NCBI GenBank assembly: GCA_964640665.1
Contig: CAZXHT010000003.1
Span: forward strand, 66,468-130,467
DNA from: an uncultured Myxococcales bacterium
Lineage (GTDB): Bacteria; Myxococcota; B64-G9
DNA length: 64,000 nt
Reading direction: 5' to 3'
Part shown: in pieces, positions 27,590 through 37,670 of the stretch
Layout of the letters: every line of letters starts with the position of its first letter
How positions within the stretch are numbered: position 1 is the first letter of the stretch
Notes under the pieces: generated by a model
Seen by the model: only the letters and a program-made list of their open reading frames with translations
Database searches by the model: none
What the model was told of the DNA's origin: nothing
Program-made: the position numbers and the translations under genes

Positions 27590-28311
27590 TTTACTATCTC
27601 CCAGGCAGTACGCTCGATCTTGTCGCTGCCGCCGACGACGAAATCCATGTGTTGAAAACCCTCCATCACCGTCATTGTGCTCGACGAGAGAAACTGGTTC
27701 ACAAGGGGCACGAGAAAATCGCCTTGGGCCACCAGGCTATGAGCCACAACGCCCCCCTGGCGCTCGACCCGTCTGAGGGTATCGCAACCGGCAACCAGGT
27801 CGCGACAACAAGGGATCATTGCCGCCAGCACCCGGGCGTTTGGCATGCCCCCGAACGGCGCCGCCATGGTGAGCACCTTCCTCATCTTTACAGAGCATTC
27901 GACCTCGCCTCCATCGATCATGTCCCGGGCCAGCAAGGCAATCAGGGACCCGTTGGAATGCCCGGCCACGTCCACCTCGGAAAAACCACGCCGGCTCCCG
28001 ATCTCGTCAAGCCAGGCAATGAAATCCGCCGCTGCCTGCGGCAGGCGGCACAGATTGGCCAGGGCCGAGTAGTAGAAGGCAAAGGACGGCGGCACGCACA
28101 CACTGCGTCCCAACTCCTCAACCTTGCGTCCCAGGCGGTTCATCACGCTCGATGTGCAAAACGCCCCGGGAACGAGCACCAGCGGCCTGGGCGGCAGCGG
28201 CTCGAACTGCAAAGGCCTGTCAAGGGTGGCCAGAGTCTGGTTGAGCGAACCGCGAAAAAACGAGGGGAATCGCCCAAGCTGTCTCAACGTCGTCATAATA
28301 TTCCTCGCCAT
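27568..28311 (-). CDS. alpha/beta-hydrolase, lipase/esterase-like (GxSxG = GHSNG)
   Basis: The nucleophile elbow is VAGHSNGSL. Size and pattern fit a lipase class 2/PGAP1-like fold. It overlaps the 5' end of the acyltransferase ORF. Confidence 0.55.
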   Translation of the reverse strand: MARNIMTTLRQLGRFPSFFRGSLNQTLATLDRPLQFEPLPPRPLVLVPGAFCTSSVMNRLGRKVEELGRSVCVPPSFAFYYSALANLCRLPQAAADFIAWLDEIGSRRGFSEVDVAGHSNGSLIALLARDMIDGGEVECSVKMRKVLTMAAPFGGMPNARVLAAMIPCCRDLVAGCDTLRRVERQGGVVAHSLVAQGDFLVPLVNQFLSSSTMTVMEGFQHMDFVVGGSDKIERTAWEIVKWLGNGC

Positions 28312-28410
28312 GATGCCGACATTACAACCACGTTGGGAAAATACACGGATTGACGCACCTCGTCAAGAGATGCATACACAGCAGCTGTTCACGGAGGTAG
28401 GCGCGCGCGG

Positions 28411-28716
28411 CTATTGACTCAGGTCAACCCGCGAGGTGAAAGGCCCCTTGCTCACGCGCATCTTGTTACGCGACCGGAAATACAGTAATTGGTCGACCTG
28501 CATCTTGACCTTGCGGCCGGAGTCGGTCTCGATCTCGATGAAATACTCGCTGATGTCCTGGGCATGTCCCTTCCTGGTGACGGTCGCCACCGACCGTTCC
28601 TCCTTGTCTACGATGGTTCCGTCGAAATAGTCCAGCCACGGGACCCGTGTGTGGAGTGCGAGGAAGGCTCCTGTAAGCACACCCAGTACAATGATAATCT
28701 TGAAAAATCTTTTCAT
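28411..28716 (-). CDS. small membrane-anchored hypothetical protein
   Basis: N-terminal TM segment MKRFFKIIIVLGVLTGAFLAL. No known domain. Confidence 0.35.
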   Translation of the reverse strand: MKRFFKIIIVLGVLTGAFLALHTRVPWLDYFDGTIVDKEERSVATVTRKGHAQDISEYFIEIETDSGRKVKMQVDQLLYFRSRNKMRVSKGPFTSRVDLSQ

Positions 28717-28900
28717 GGCAACTTCTTTCGCACCGAACAGTAGCAACTCTTCTGAAAAACAGTCAAGAGCCCATATTCTTGGTAACCATTCAGCTTGACA
28801 GCAGAATTACTTTGTGGTACGTCCACAACGTTTTTTATTGTTTTCCCTCAGCGTTCCCCGTTAGCGGGCTGGAGATACGGTCTCGGGGAAGGAGGAATCG

Positions 28901-30295
28901 ATGCCCAAAACCTTGCTACTCGCCGACGACAGTATAACCATTCAACGGGTGGTCGGCATCACTTTCGCGAACGAAGATTACGAGATAACGACCGTCGACA
29001 ACGGCGATGATGCCGTTATCAAGGCCAAGGAGCTGAAACCGGACGTTATCCTGGCTGACGTCATCATGCCCAAGAAGAACGGCTACGAGGTTTGTCAGGC
29101 GGTCAAACAGGATCCTGAACTGAAGGATATACCGGTTCTGTTGCTTGCCGGAACGTTCGAGGCTTTCGACGAAAACCGGGCCCGCGAGGTGGGCGCGAAC
29201 GGCCACATAACTAAGCCGTTCGAGAGTCAGGCGTTGATCGATAAAGTCAACGAACTCGTCGGCGCGGCTCCCTCGCCGGCGATGCCTTCGCCGTTGCAGC
29301 CGGTGATGGTGGCGGCCGCACCTGTGCCCCCTCCTTCGGCAGCCGCCCCTCTGCCTCCGCCGGTTCTGCCTCCGCCGGTGACGCCTGTTCCTGCGACATT
29401 TTTTCCCGAGCCGCCGCCCCCCGAGCCGAAACCACTCGCGCCAAAACCACTCGAGCCCAAGCCGCTCGAGCCCAGGCCACTCGAGCCCAGGCCACTCGAG
29501 CCCAGGCCACTCGAGCCCAGGCCACTCGAACCCAGGCCACTTGAACCGAAACCGCTTGAGCCGAAACCATTAGAGCCAAAGCCCCTTGAGCCAAAACCCT
29601 TGGAGCCGGCCGCCTTCGAGTCCAAGCCGCTAGAGCCGGCCGCCTTCGAGCCCAGGCCGCTCGAGTCACCTTTCGTAAGCGAGACGCCGAAGCCGTTCGA
29701 AGAACCTCCGGCGGCGCCCACGCCGATCGAGCCGCCACTCCCGGAGTCAAAGCCGGAGATCGCGCCCGCTCCAATCGATCTCGAACCTCCGGCTCCCAAA
29801 CCCGCTGCGCCGTTTTTCGCGCCGGAGCCACCTGCTGTCAAGCCCACACATCCACTCGCGACTCCGTCTTTCGTGCCGCCGGTGCCCGAGCCGGCTCCCT
29901 TGCGTCCCGCGGCGCCCGAGCCCGTCACCGAAACCAAGCTGGAAACGCTGGCCGAGTTGGCCCAGCAGACCCCCTCCGCCGAACCGATCGAGGAAGAAGA
30001 GCTGCCTTCGGTCGAGATCGACGAAGAAGGACTGGTTGACGAGGGATCTCCCGAAGACACGATTGAGCTTGCGCCGGTACACGAGTTTATTCCCAAGGCA
30101 GGGCCTGCCGAGAAAGTTTCGCGACCGGTCGCCGGGCCCGAGGTTATAGTCGCGCCGTCAATCCCGCGCGAAGAGCTCGAGTCCATGGCCAAGGAGATCA
30201 TCGAGAAAGTCGTTTGGGAAATCGTGCCCGAGCTGGCCGAGACGATCCTCAAGGAAGAAATCGAGAAGCTGGTCAAGGATAAACTCGCGGATTGA
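28901..30295 (+). CDS. RomR-like response regulator: REC domain + long Pro-rich (K/R)PLEP pentapeptide-repeat linker + conserved Glu-rich C-terminal region
   Basis: REC: LLLADDS...VILADVIMPKKNG. It has 13 tandem KPLEP/RPLEP units. The C-terminal block is ELESMAKEIIEKVVWEIVPELAETILKEEIEKLVKDKL. This architecture matches Myxococcus RomR (assignment from memory). Confidence 0.55.
   Translation: MPKTLLLADDSITIQRVVGITFANEDYEITTVDNGDDAVIKAKELKPDVILADVIMPKKNGYEVCQAVKQDPELKDIPVLLLAGTFEAFDENRAREVGANGHITKPFESQALIDKVNELVGAAPSPAMPSPLQPVMVAAAPVPPPSAAAPLPPPVLPPPVTPVPATFFPEPPPPEPKPLAPKPLEPKPLEPRPLEPRPLEPRPLEPRPLEPRPLEPKPLEPKPLEPKPLEPKPLEPAAFESKPLEPAAFEPRPLESPFVSETPKPFEEPPAAPTPIEPPLPESKPEIAPAPIDLEPPAPKPAAPFFAPEPPAVKPTHPLATPSFVPPVPEPAPLRPAAPEPVTETKLETLAELAQQTPSAEPIEEEELPSVEIDEEGLVDEGSPEDTIELAPVHEFIPKAGPAEKVSRPVAGPEVIVAPSIPREELESMAKEIIEKVVWEIVPELAETILKEEIEKLVKDKLAD
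29428..29608 (+). repeat. tandem array of 15-bp units (aaRccRctcgagccc), with about 4 perfect and about 8 near-perfect copies, encoding the (K/R)PLEP repeats
   Basis: Direct tandem repetition is visible at 29446-29608. This is in-frame coding microsatellite-like repetition inside the RomR-like gene. Confidence 0.85.
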
Positions 30296-30333
30296 TCGAC
30301 CAGAGAACTGCTCGAATCAATACCCGCACCAGC

Positions 30334-33003
30334 ATGAGCGATAATTTATCTACACACTACCATCCGGCTGAAGTCGAAGCTCGCTGGGCCGTCGAATGGA
30401 TTGCCAAGGGATGTTTCGAGGTCCACGAAGGCGACTCGCGGCCGGCTTTCTCCATTGTGATTCCGCCGCCCAACATTACCGGCACCCTTCACATGGGACA
30501 TGCCCTGACCTTGACCATCCAGGACGCGATCGTACGCTTCAAGCGCATGTCGGGCTTCAACTGCCTGTGGCTTCCCGGCACGGACCACGCCGGCATCGCT
30601 ACTCAGATGGTGGTGGAACGCGCGCTTGCGAAAGAAGGCCTGAATCGGCACGACATCGGGCGGCAGGCCTTCATCGAGAAGGTCTGGGAATGGAAGCAGC
30701 GTCACGGCAACCGCATCAGCGAGCAAACCAAGGCCATGGGCGCCTCGGTCGACTGGCGCCACGAGCGTTTCACGATGGACGCCGGCCTCAGCCGGGCCGT
30801 GCGCGAGGTGTTCGTACGACTCTACGAAGACGGCCTGATCTACCGTGACCAGCGCCTGATCAACTGGTGCCCCCGTTGCCGTACGGCCCTGTCCGATCTC
30901 GAGGTCACTCTCGATCCGACCGCGGGAAAGTTGTGGACGATCGAATACCCGCTGTTGTCCGGCAAGCGTAGCCTGGCGGTGGCAACCACCCGTCCCGAGA
31001 CCATGCTGGGCGATACTGCCGTGGCGGTGCATCCCGACGATCCGCGCTACAAGGACTTGATCGGCCAGAAGGTCGAGTTGCCGCTCAGCGGGCGCGCGAT
31101 TCCGGTGATCGCCGACGCCGAACTTGTCGATCCTGAATTCGGTACAGGCTGCGTCAAGGTCACTCCGGCGCACGATTTCAACGACTTCGAGACCGGCAGG
31201 CGCCATGACCTGGAGTCGATCGGCGTGATAGACGTCAACGGCAAGATGACCGCGCAGGCCGGCGCTGATTTTGCCGGCCTGGATCGTTTCGCGGCCCGGG
31301 AGAAAGTTGTCGCGGCCCTCAAGAAACAGGGCCGCCTGGCGGCTATCGAAGACTACGAGGTCGAACTGAGCCGCTGCCAGCGTTGCAGCGAGGTCGTCGA
31401 GCCGCTGCTGAGCAAGCAGTGGTTCGTCAATGTCAAACCACTGGCCGAAGATGCGATCCGGGCCGTCGAACAGAACCGCACCGTCTTCGTTCCCCGGCAA
31501 TGGGAAAAGACCTATTTCGACTGGATGCACAACATACGCGACTGGTGCATCTCCCGCCAGCTCTGGTGGGGCCACCGGATTCCGGCCTGGTTTTGCGAGT
31601 GCGGAGAGGTGATTGTCAGCCGAACGGATCCAAGCGCTTGCCCGAGCTGCGGGGGAATCAACCTGACTCGCGATCCGGACGTGCTCGACACATGGTTCTC
31701 GTCGGCCTTGTGGCCTTTCTCTACCCTGGGCTGGCCCGACCGGACCGAGCTGCTGAAAACATTCTATCCGACCTCCCTGATGGAGACCGGCTTCGACATC
31801 ATCTTCTTCTGGGTGGCCCGGATGATGATGATGGGCCTGAAGTTCATGGGGGATATTCCTTTCCGCACTGTCTACTTGCACGCCATGGTCCGCGATGCCC
31901 AGGGTCAGAAGATGTCCAAGACCAAGGGCAACGTGATCGATCCGCTCGATGTCACGGAAAAGTCGGGCGCAGACGCCCTGCGCTTCACGCTGTCCTCGCT
32001 GACAGCCCAGGGTCGCGACATCAAGCTGAGCGTCGAAAGGGTCGAGGGCTACCGGCGCTTCATCAACAAGATCTGGAACGCCTCCCGCTTCGTGCTGCTG
32101 AACCTGAACGATTACGATCCTGCCGTGCCCGGCAATCCCGAAACCAGGTCTCTCTACGATCGATGGATCCTGGCACGTGCCCGTGCAACCATCGAGGACG
32201 TCGAGCGCGCCATCGACAACTATAAGTTGAATGAAGCCAGCTCGACCCTCTACAATTTCTTCTGGCACGAGCTGTGCGACTGGTACCTCGAGATGATCAA
32301 ACCAGTGCTCAACGGGCGAGAGGGCCCGGAGGCGCGCCGCGAGTGCCAGTGCATCCTGGTGCGGGTACTCGACGTCTCGGTGCGCCTGCTGCACCCGTTC
32401 ACTCCCTTCGTCACGGAAGAGATCTGGCAGAAACTCCCGCTGGCAGGGCGCGAAAGCAGCCATCTGGCCACGGCCGGATGGCCGAAATCCGGTGACATCG
32501 AGGAAGACCCCGAGGCGCTCGAACAGATCGGCTGGGTTGTGGCCGCCGTATCCGGCATCCGAAACATTCGCGGCGAGAGCGGGCTTCCCCCCGGCAAGCT
32601 GCTTCCCGCCCACCTGCTCAGCCGGGATGAGCGGGCGCGCAACATTCTGCGTGCGCACCGGGATACCATCATCCACCTCGGCCGACTCGAATCCCTGACC
32701 ATCGGGGAGCCTTCCGAGCGACCGGCCCAGTCCGCCGTCTACGTCAGTTCCGATCTCGAGGTGTGCGTGCCGCTGGGCGGGTTGATCGATTTCAAGGCCG
32801 AACGCAACCGGCTGGGTAAGGAAATAAAGAAGACCCGTGCCGACCACGAACGATCCAGGAAGAAGCTGGAGAACGAGTCTTTCCTGAAACGGGCCCCGGC
32901 CGAGGTGATCTCCAAAGAAAAGGCAAAGATGGCCGAGTTCAAGGAGCGACTTGCCAAGTTGGACCGGGCGCTCGAGCAAATCGCCGAGTGGGAAAGACAA
33001 TAG
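30334..33003 (+). CDS. valS: valine--tRNA ligase
   Basis: PPPNITGTLHMGHAL (HIGH motif region), GQKMSKTKGNVIDP (KMSKS) and a C-terminal coiled coil. The ATG at 30334 is preferred over the TTG at 30292. Confidence 0.9.
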   Translation: MSDNLSTHYHPAEVEARWAVEWIAKGCFEVHEGDSRPAFSIVIPPPNITGTLHMGHALTLTIQDAIVRFKRMSGFNCLWLPGTDHAGIATQMVVERALAKEGLNRHDIGRQAFIEKVWEWKQRHGNRISEQTKAMGASVDWRHERFTMDAGLSRAVREVFVRLYEDGLIYRDQRLINWCPRCRTALSDLEVTLDPTAGKLWTIEYPLLSGKRSLAVATTRPETMLGDTAVAVHPDDPRYKDLIGQKVELPLSGRAIPVIADAELVDPEFGTGCVKVTPAHDFNDFETGRRHDLESIGVIDVNGKMTAQAGADFAGLDRFAAREKVVAALKKQGRLAAIEDYEVELSRCQRCSEVVEPLLSKQWFVNVKPLAEDAIRAVEQNRTVFVPRQWEKTYFDWMHNIRDWCISRQLWWGHRIPAWFCECGEVIVSRTDPSACPSCGGINLTRDPDVLDTWFSSALWPFSTLGWPDRTELLKTFYPTSLMETGFDIIFFWVARMMMMGLKFMGDIPFRTVYLHAMVRDAQGQKMSKTKGNVIDPLDVTEKSGADALRFTLSSLTAQGRDIKLSVERVEGYRRFINKIWNASRFVLLNLNDYDPAVPGNPETRSLYDRWILARARATIEDVERAIDNYKLNEASSTLYNFFWHELCDWYLEMIKPVLNGREGPEARRECQCILVRVLDVSVRLLHPFTPFVTEEIWQKLPLAGRESSHLATAGWPKSGDIEEDPEALEQIGWVVAAVSGIRNIRGESGLPPGKLLPAHLLSRDERARNILRAHRDTIIHLGRLESLTIGEPSERPAQSAVYVSSDLEVCVPLGGLIDFKAERNRLGKEIKKTRADHERSRKKLENESFLKRAPAEVISKEKAKMAEFKERLAKLDRALEQIAEWERQ

Positions 33004-33010
33004 GTCCGTC

Positions 33011-33850
33011 ATGAAACCGAGTCCGCACATTTCGACACTTATCGACCTGGCTCTTTCCGAAGACCTCGGCAGCGGTGACGTGACCACCAATGCGCTCTTC
33101 GGTTCAGCCGCCAAGGCGAGCGCCGCACTTGTGGCCCGCGAGCCGCTGGTGGTTTCCGGGCTGGAGGTGGCCGGTTGGGTGTTTGCCCGCCTGGATGACA
33201 GTTGCGCATTCAAACCCGTTGCGCGCGAGGGCGCGACGGTCCGCCGGGGAACAGTTTTGGCACGCGTGTCGGGTCCGGTACAAGCATTGCTCTCGGCTGA
33301 ACGCACGGCATTGAACTTCGTGCGGCACCTGAGCGGCATCGCCACCCTGACCCGCAGCTACGCCGACGCCTTGCAAGACACCGGCTGCAGGCTGTTGGAC
33401 ACCCGCAAGACGACCCCCGGCCTGCGGGCGATCGAGAAAGCCGCGGTTCGGGCAGGGGGTGGATGCAACCACCGCATGGGCCTTTTCGACGGAGCAATGC
33501 TCAAGGACAACCACATCGCCGCTGCCGGTTCGATCCGGGCCGCCGTCATCGCGCTGCGAGCCAAGCTGCCACCGACTGTAAAGATCGAGGTCGAGTGCGA
33601 CAACCTCAAGCAAGTGCGCCAGGCGCTTAGCGCCGGCGCCGAGATCATCATGCTGGACAACATGACCGTCGCCAAGATGAAAAAAGCAGTCTCCCTGGTA
33701 GCCGGTCAGGCTCACACCGAGGCCTCCGGCGGGCTGAACCTCGAAAACGTACGCCGGGCCGCCTCGGCGGGCGTCGACTATGTCTCGGTGGGCGCCTTGA
33801 CCCACGGCGCGCGGGCCGTCGACATTTCAATGGAGCTTGGACAACCTTGA
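33011..33850 (+). CDS. nadC: nicotinate-nucleotide diphosphorylase (carboxylating) / quinolinate phosphoribosyltransferase
   Basis: EDLGSGDVTTNALF N-terminus and overall QAPRTase-like sequence, about 280 aa. Confidence 0.8.
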   Translation: MKPSPHISTLIDLALSEDLGSGDVTTNALFGSAAKASAALVAREPLVVSGLEVAGWVFARLDDSCAFKPVAREGATVRRGTVLARVSGPVQALLSAERTALNFVRHLSGIATLTRSYADALQDTGCRLLDTRKTTPGLRAIEKAAVRAGGGCNHRMGLFDGAMLKDNHIAAAGSIRAAVIALRAKLPPTVKIEVECDNLKQVRQALSAGAEIIMLDNMTVAKMKKAVSLVAGQAHTEASGGLNLENVRRAASAGVDYVSVGALTHGARAVDISMELGQP

Positions 33851-34608
33851 GTCCGGGTGACCTGGAATCCGTTCCCCGGGCCGGGCTGCGCTTGCTTCAG
33901 AGCACCGGCTCCACCAACGACGAGGCCCGGGCCTGGATAGAGCGCGGGGCCTACGATGGGGCAACAGTTGTAGCCGACATTCAGACACAGGGGCGCGGGC
34001 GAGCCGGACGTTCCTGGCACGCGCCGGCGGGTGTGAACCTGTCGTTGTCTCAGGTTATCCTCGCGCCGCCCGAGCACCTGCGCCTGGTTCCAGTTCTGGG
34101 AGCGCTTTGCGCACGCGCCGCGATCGCAGATCACCTGCCGCGGTTTTACAAAGTAGGCATCAAGTGGCCCAATGACATCCTGGTGCTGGGGCTGAAGACC
34201 GCCGGGATCCTGGCCGAGCTGGTGACTGAACCGGTCATTGGTGCCGTGCTGGGAATCGGGGTCAACGTCAATACGCGCAGCGGACAGTTTCCGAACGACC
34301 TGCGCCGGCCGGCGGCCTCGCTGCGCATGCTGGCTGGCAGGAACGTAGCGCGAGCCGATCTACTCGACACACTCCTGCGCCAACTTGATTCTTACCGTAA
34401 GCTATGGCGCAAAAGTCCACGACTGCTGGTGGCCGAGTTCGCCGAACACTGCATTACCATGGGCAGACACATTCTGGTTCATCCACCGGGCAGCGAGGCG
34501 TTCGGGGCAACGGCCCGCGGAATAGCATCCGACGGCGCTCTGCTATGCACAGACGATGACGATAATGAAATCACCGTAACCGCAGGCGACGTGGACCCGC
34601 TGGACTGA
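33847..34608 (+). CDS. birA: biotin--[acetyl-CoA-carboxylase] ligase (class I, no HTH)
   Basis: GRGRAGRSWHAPAG (GRGRxGR motif) and KWPNDIL. The TTG start overlaps the nadC stop. Confidence 0.8.
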   Translation: MSPGDLESVPRAGLRLLQSTGSTNDEARAWIERGAYDGATVVADIQTQGRGRAGRSWHAPAGVNLSLSQVILAPPEHLRLVPVLGALCARAAIADHLPRFYKVGIKWPNDILVLGLKTAGILAELVTEPVIGAVLGIGVNVNTRSGQFPNDLRRPAASLRMLAGRNVARADLLDTLLRQLDSYRKLWRKSPRLLVAEFAEHCITMGRHILVHPPGSEAFGATARGIASDGALLCTDDDDNEITVTAGDVDPLD

Positions 34609-34635
34609 TCCCGTCCGATTCTCTAAAGTGGTCGT

Positions 34636-37053
34636 TCACGGCCGGCAGGTGTTCAGCTCGAGATCGCGCCCGTCGGTTGCGATCGTCACGGCGCCGTCGC
34701 GGTCGGTTCGCAATGTTTTGACGCCGGACTCTCTCAGGCGCTCGATCGCCTCGTTCGACGGCAGGTGATGCACGTTGCCACCTCCGACTGAGATGACCGC
34801 GACAGAAGGCCTGACGCGATCCAGAAATTCTTTGGCTGTTGCGTGCCGCGATCCATGGTGCCCTACCTTGAGCACGTCGGCGTCCAACTCTTCTCCCGAC
34901 TCGATCAGCAGGCGCTCACCTTCCTTCTCCAGGTCACCGGTGAGCAAGAAAGCTCTTTGGCCGAGACTTACGCGCAGCACCAGCGAGCGTTCGTTGGTCT
35001 CGAGCGTCTCGCTCCCCGCTGCCGGCCAGAGTACGTCGATTCTGGCGTTTTTACCCGTTCGCGGCCGGTCGCCCGCGCGAAGCAGCCGCACTCGGGCGCC
35101 CGCCTCGCGGGCGGCTGCATGCAACGGGCGGGTTGCGGGCATCTCCTCTAACGGGCGCGCCGTCCATACCTCGTCCGGCTCGAACAGGCGCACCACCGAT
35201 GCCAGGCCGCCGGCGTGGTCCATCTCGGGATGCGTGACGGCCACGGCATCCAGGTGCGTGATCCCCTGAGACCAGAGGAAGGGCGCGATAACCTGCAGGC
35301 CGCTGTCGCCGCCCCCCTCGCGGGCGTCGCCGCCGTCAACAAGCAGCGTATCGCCACCAGGAAAACGCAGAAAAATCGAGTCGCCCTGGCCGACATCCAG
35401 GAAGGTCACTTCGAGATCAGGCGAGACCAGCGGGCCGACCCGCCCGGCCACAAAGACAACCAGCAACAGGCCGAAGCTCACGACCGCCAACCGGCGCGCC
35501 CAAAGACGGCGCCATTTCAAGACGGCGAACAGCAGCAGGTAAGTAAGGATGACCTGGCCAACCGAGGGTGTGGAGATATGAAGCACGGACCAGCTGATCC
35601 CTCCCACCCGGGCGGCAAGCTCGGCCAACCAGCCTGTGGCCAGCAGTGCCGCGTCCGTCACCATGCCCGCAAGCAATAGGCTTATGGGAAACAGCACGGC
35701 GGCGATCAGCCCCAGCGGCACGATCACCCAGGTGGCCAGCGGAACCGCCGCCAGGTTGGTGAATATACCCACCAGGCTGACCTGGTTGAAGTAACGGGCC
35801 AGAAGCGGGGCCGTGCCCAACGAGGCGATGAAGGTCAGCAGCGCGTAGTGCGCCGTTCTCACCAGGATGCGACGCTGCCAGGAGTCATTCAACCCGGAGC
35901 GCCCGAGCGGCAAGCCGAGCCGCTCGGCCAGCGGCGGCACGGCCAGGATCACACTGGCGACCGCTGTGAAACTGAGTTGAAATGATACCTCGTACAGAGA
36001 CTGTGGCCAGATCCCCAGGATTATCAAGGCCGCCGCAGAAAGCGTCTGCAGCGGATCTGATTGGCGCCGGGCGATCACCGCGATCAGAAAACACACCACC
36101 ATGATGCAGGCGCGCACCGCCGGCAGGTGGGCGCCGGACAGGAGCGTGTAGAACAGGGTTGCCGGTATGACCAAGGCAGCCGATATGCGCGTGATGTCGA
36201 AGCGCACGGCCAGCCAGCCGATCCTGGCCAGCAAGAAATACAGCAAGGCATACAGGCCAAGTGCTACAAAGCCCAGGTGCAATCCCGAGATGGCCAGCAG
36301 GTGGGCCAAACCCGCACGGGCGAAATTCTGCTTCACTTCAACAGGCACCAGCCCGCGCTTTCCCGTGGTCATGGCCGCCAAAATTCCCTTGGAGGCGGCA
36401 TCCGCTTTCCGCTCGAAGACGAAGTCGGAAAGCACAGATCTGGCGTTTGCGATCCAGCGCCGCGGCGAGAGCACACCTGTGTCCGTGGTAACCAGCATGT
36501 CGCGGCACGAGCGTAACCAGCCGCTCCAGTCGATACCCCTCCTGCGCATACCGGCCGCTCTGTCCCGCAAGCCGGGATCATACCGCGATCGCGGCGGGTG
36601 AATCCTGGCCATGGCCACCAATCGATCCCCGGGCAACACGCGGGGGCAGGCGCCCATCCGGGTATCATGCACGCTCAACAAGGCCCTGGCGCTTACCGTT
36701 CGGGGCGACCGAAACAATGCTCCCATGGCCTCGATATCCACTTCTATTCTTCGCCGGCCGGGATAGACATCCCAGGCAGTGCGCGCCTGCGCCTGGATTA
36801 CCGCCAATCCCTCTACGGGAGGCGCCGGCCTGGCTTGCGGCAGTGCGCCGCGCGCGAAGCCCAGCGACAGAAATGCGAGCAGCCACAAGAAAAAGCGCAG
36901 CACCCCACCTCTTCCGGCGAGCGCCAGGCCGCCGGCTGCAAGCGCACTTGTCCCTGCCAGAGACCAACCGAAAATCGGCGACCAGCCGCCGACACCTTGG
37001 GCCAGAATCCCGCAGGCAAAAGCCACCGAGAGCGCAATCAGCGGGCGGCGCAT
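34636..37053 (-). CDS. comEC: ComEC/Rec2-family DNA internalisation channel protein with C-terminal metallo-beta-lactamase domain
   Basis: A polytopic membrane N-terminus precedes a competence domain. The C-terminal MBL motifs are FLDVGQGDS, HPEMDHAGG and VGHHGS. Confidence 0.8.
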   Translation of the reverse strand: MRRPLIALSVAFACGILAQGVGGWSPIFGWSLAGTSALAAGGLALAGRGGVLRFFLWLLAFLSLGFARGALPQARPAPPVEGLAVIQAQARTAWDVYPGRRRIEVDIEAMGALFRSPRTVSARALLSVHDTRMGACPRVLPGDRLVAMARIHPPRSRYDPGLRDRAAGMRRRGIDWSGWLRSCRDMLVTTDTGVLSPRRWIANARSVLSDFVFERKADAASKGILAAMTTGKRGLVPVEVKQNFARAGLAHLLAISGLHLGFVALGLYALLYFLLARIGWLAVRFDITRISAALVIPATLFYTLLSGAHLPAVRACIMVVCFLIAVIARRQSDPLQTLSAAALIILGIWPQSLYEVSFQLSFTAVASVILAVPPLAERLGLPLGRSGLNDSWQRRILVRTAHYALLTFIASLGTAPLLARYFNQVSLVGIFTNLAAVPLATWVIVPLGLIAAVLFPISLLLAGMVTDAALLATGWLAELAARVGGISWSVLHISTPSVGQVILTYLLLFAVLKWRRLWARRLAVVSFGLLLVVFVAGRVGPLVSPDLEVTFLDVGQGDSIFLRFPGGDTLLVDGGDAREGGGDSGLQVIAPFLWSQGITHLDAVAVTHPEMDHAGGLASVVRLFEPDEVWTARPLEEMPATRPLHAAAREAGARVRLLRAGDRPRTGKNARIDVLWPAAGSETLETNERSLVLRVSLGQRAFLLTGDLEKEGERLLIESGEELDADVLKVGHHGSRHATAKEFLDRVRPSVAVISVGGGNVHHLPSNEAIERLRESGVKTLRTDRDGAVTIATDGRDLELNTCRP

Positions 37054-37085
37054 TGGTAGCCGTTGGTGATTGCCGCCGGACACGC

Positions 37086-37670
37086 CTATCCGCCGCTGAA
37101 TGATTCGTAGTCTGCGGGCGTGTTCAGGTTGCGGACGACCCCGGGATCGTCCACGCCCACCCGACACAGCCGGCCCGATTGTTCGCAGGCAGCGATCACC
37201 GCCCGTGCACCGCCCTCGGCCGCCTGCGATTGCAGGGCGTCGAAAAGAGCACGGCCGAAGCAGGCCGGATGCCCATCGCGGCCGCGGTATTGGGCCACCG
37301 CCGCGTCGTGCCCTTCAAGCGCCCGACGCACCGCGCGCACCGTGTCGGGACGGATCGTCGCCTGGTCGACCAGCACCACTATTGCGCCATCCACTTCGGG
37401 AGAAAGGCGCAAAAGGGCACAACGGAGCGAGGAAATCTGGCCCCGGGAAGGATCGGGATTCAACACGAGTTGCACGCCATCGAGCCGGCAGATTTCTTCA
37501 ATCTCCAGGACCGGCTCGGCCACAACCGCCAGCACAGGGTCGCAGCCTCCGGCCCCGAGCGTAGCGCACAGGCTGTCGAGAAATGTCTGCGAGTCGTTGT
37601 GCAGCAGGGCCTTGCGTCTTCCCATGCGTCGCGACGCCCCGGCGGCAAGCACGACGCCGGCGATCTTCAT
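37086..37670 (-). CDS. MobA-like NTP-transferase, probably molybdenum cofactor cytidylyltransferase (MocA-type)
   Basis: GVVLAAGASRRMG N-terminus and ~190 aa size. It lies in an operon with Mo-hydroxylase subunits and XdhC, which supports a cofactor-maturation role. Confidence 0.65.
   Translation of the reverse strand: MKIAGVVLAAGASRRMGRRKALLHNDSQTFLDSLCATLGAGGCDPVLAVVAEPVLEIEEICRLDGVQLVLNPDPSRGQISSLRCALLRLSPEVDGAIVVLVDQATIRPDTVRAVRRALEGHDAAVAQYRGRDGHPACFGRALFDALQSQAAEGGARAVIAACEQSGRLCRVGVDDPGVVRNLNTPADYESFSGG

Noticed and set aside
29227-30276. 349-aa Gly/Ser-rich minus-strand ORF
   Set aside because: Antisense of the Pro/Glu-rich linker of the RomR-like gene. The repeats create a long open frame on the opposite strand.
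30346-33345. 999-aa minus-strand ORF antisense to valS
   Set aside because: Junk composition. The plus strand encodes an unmistakable ValRS (HIGH/KMSKS motifs).
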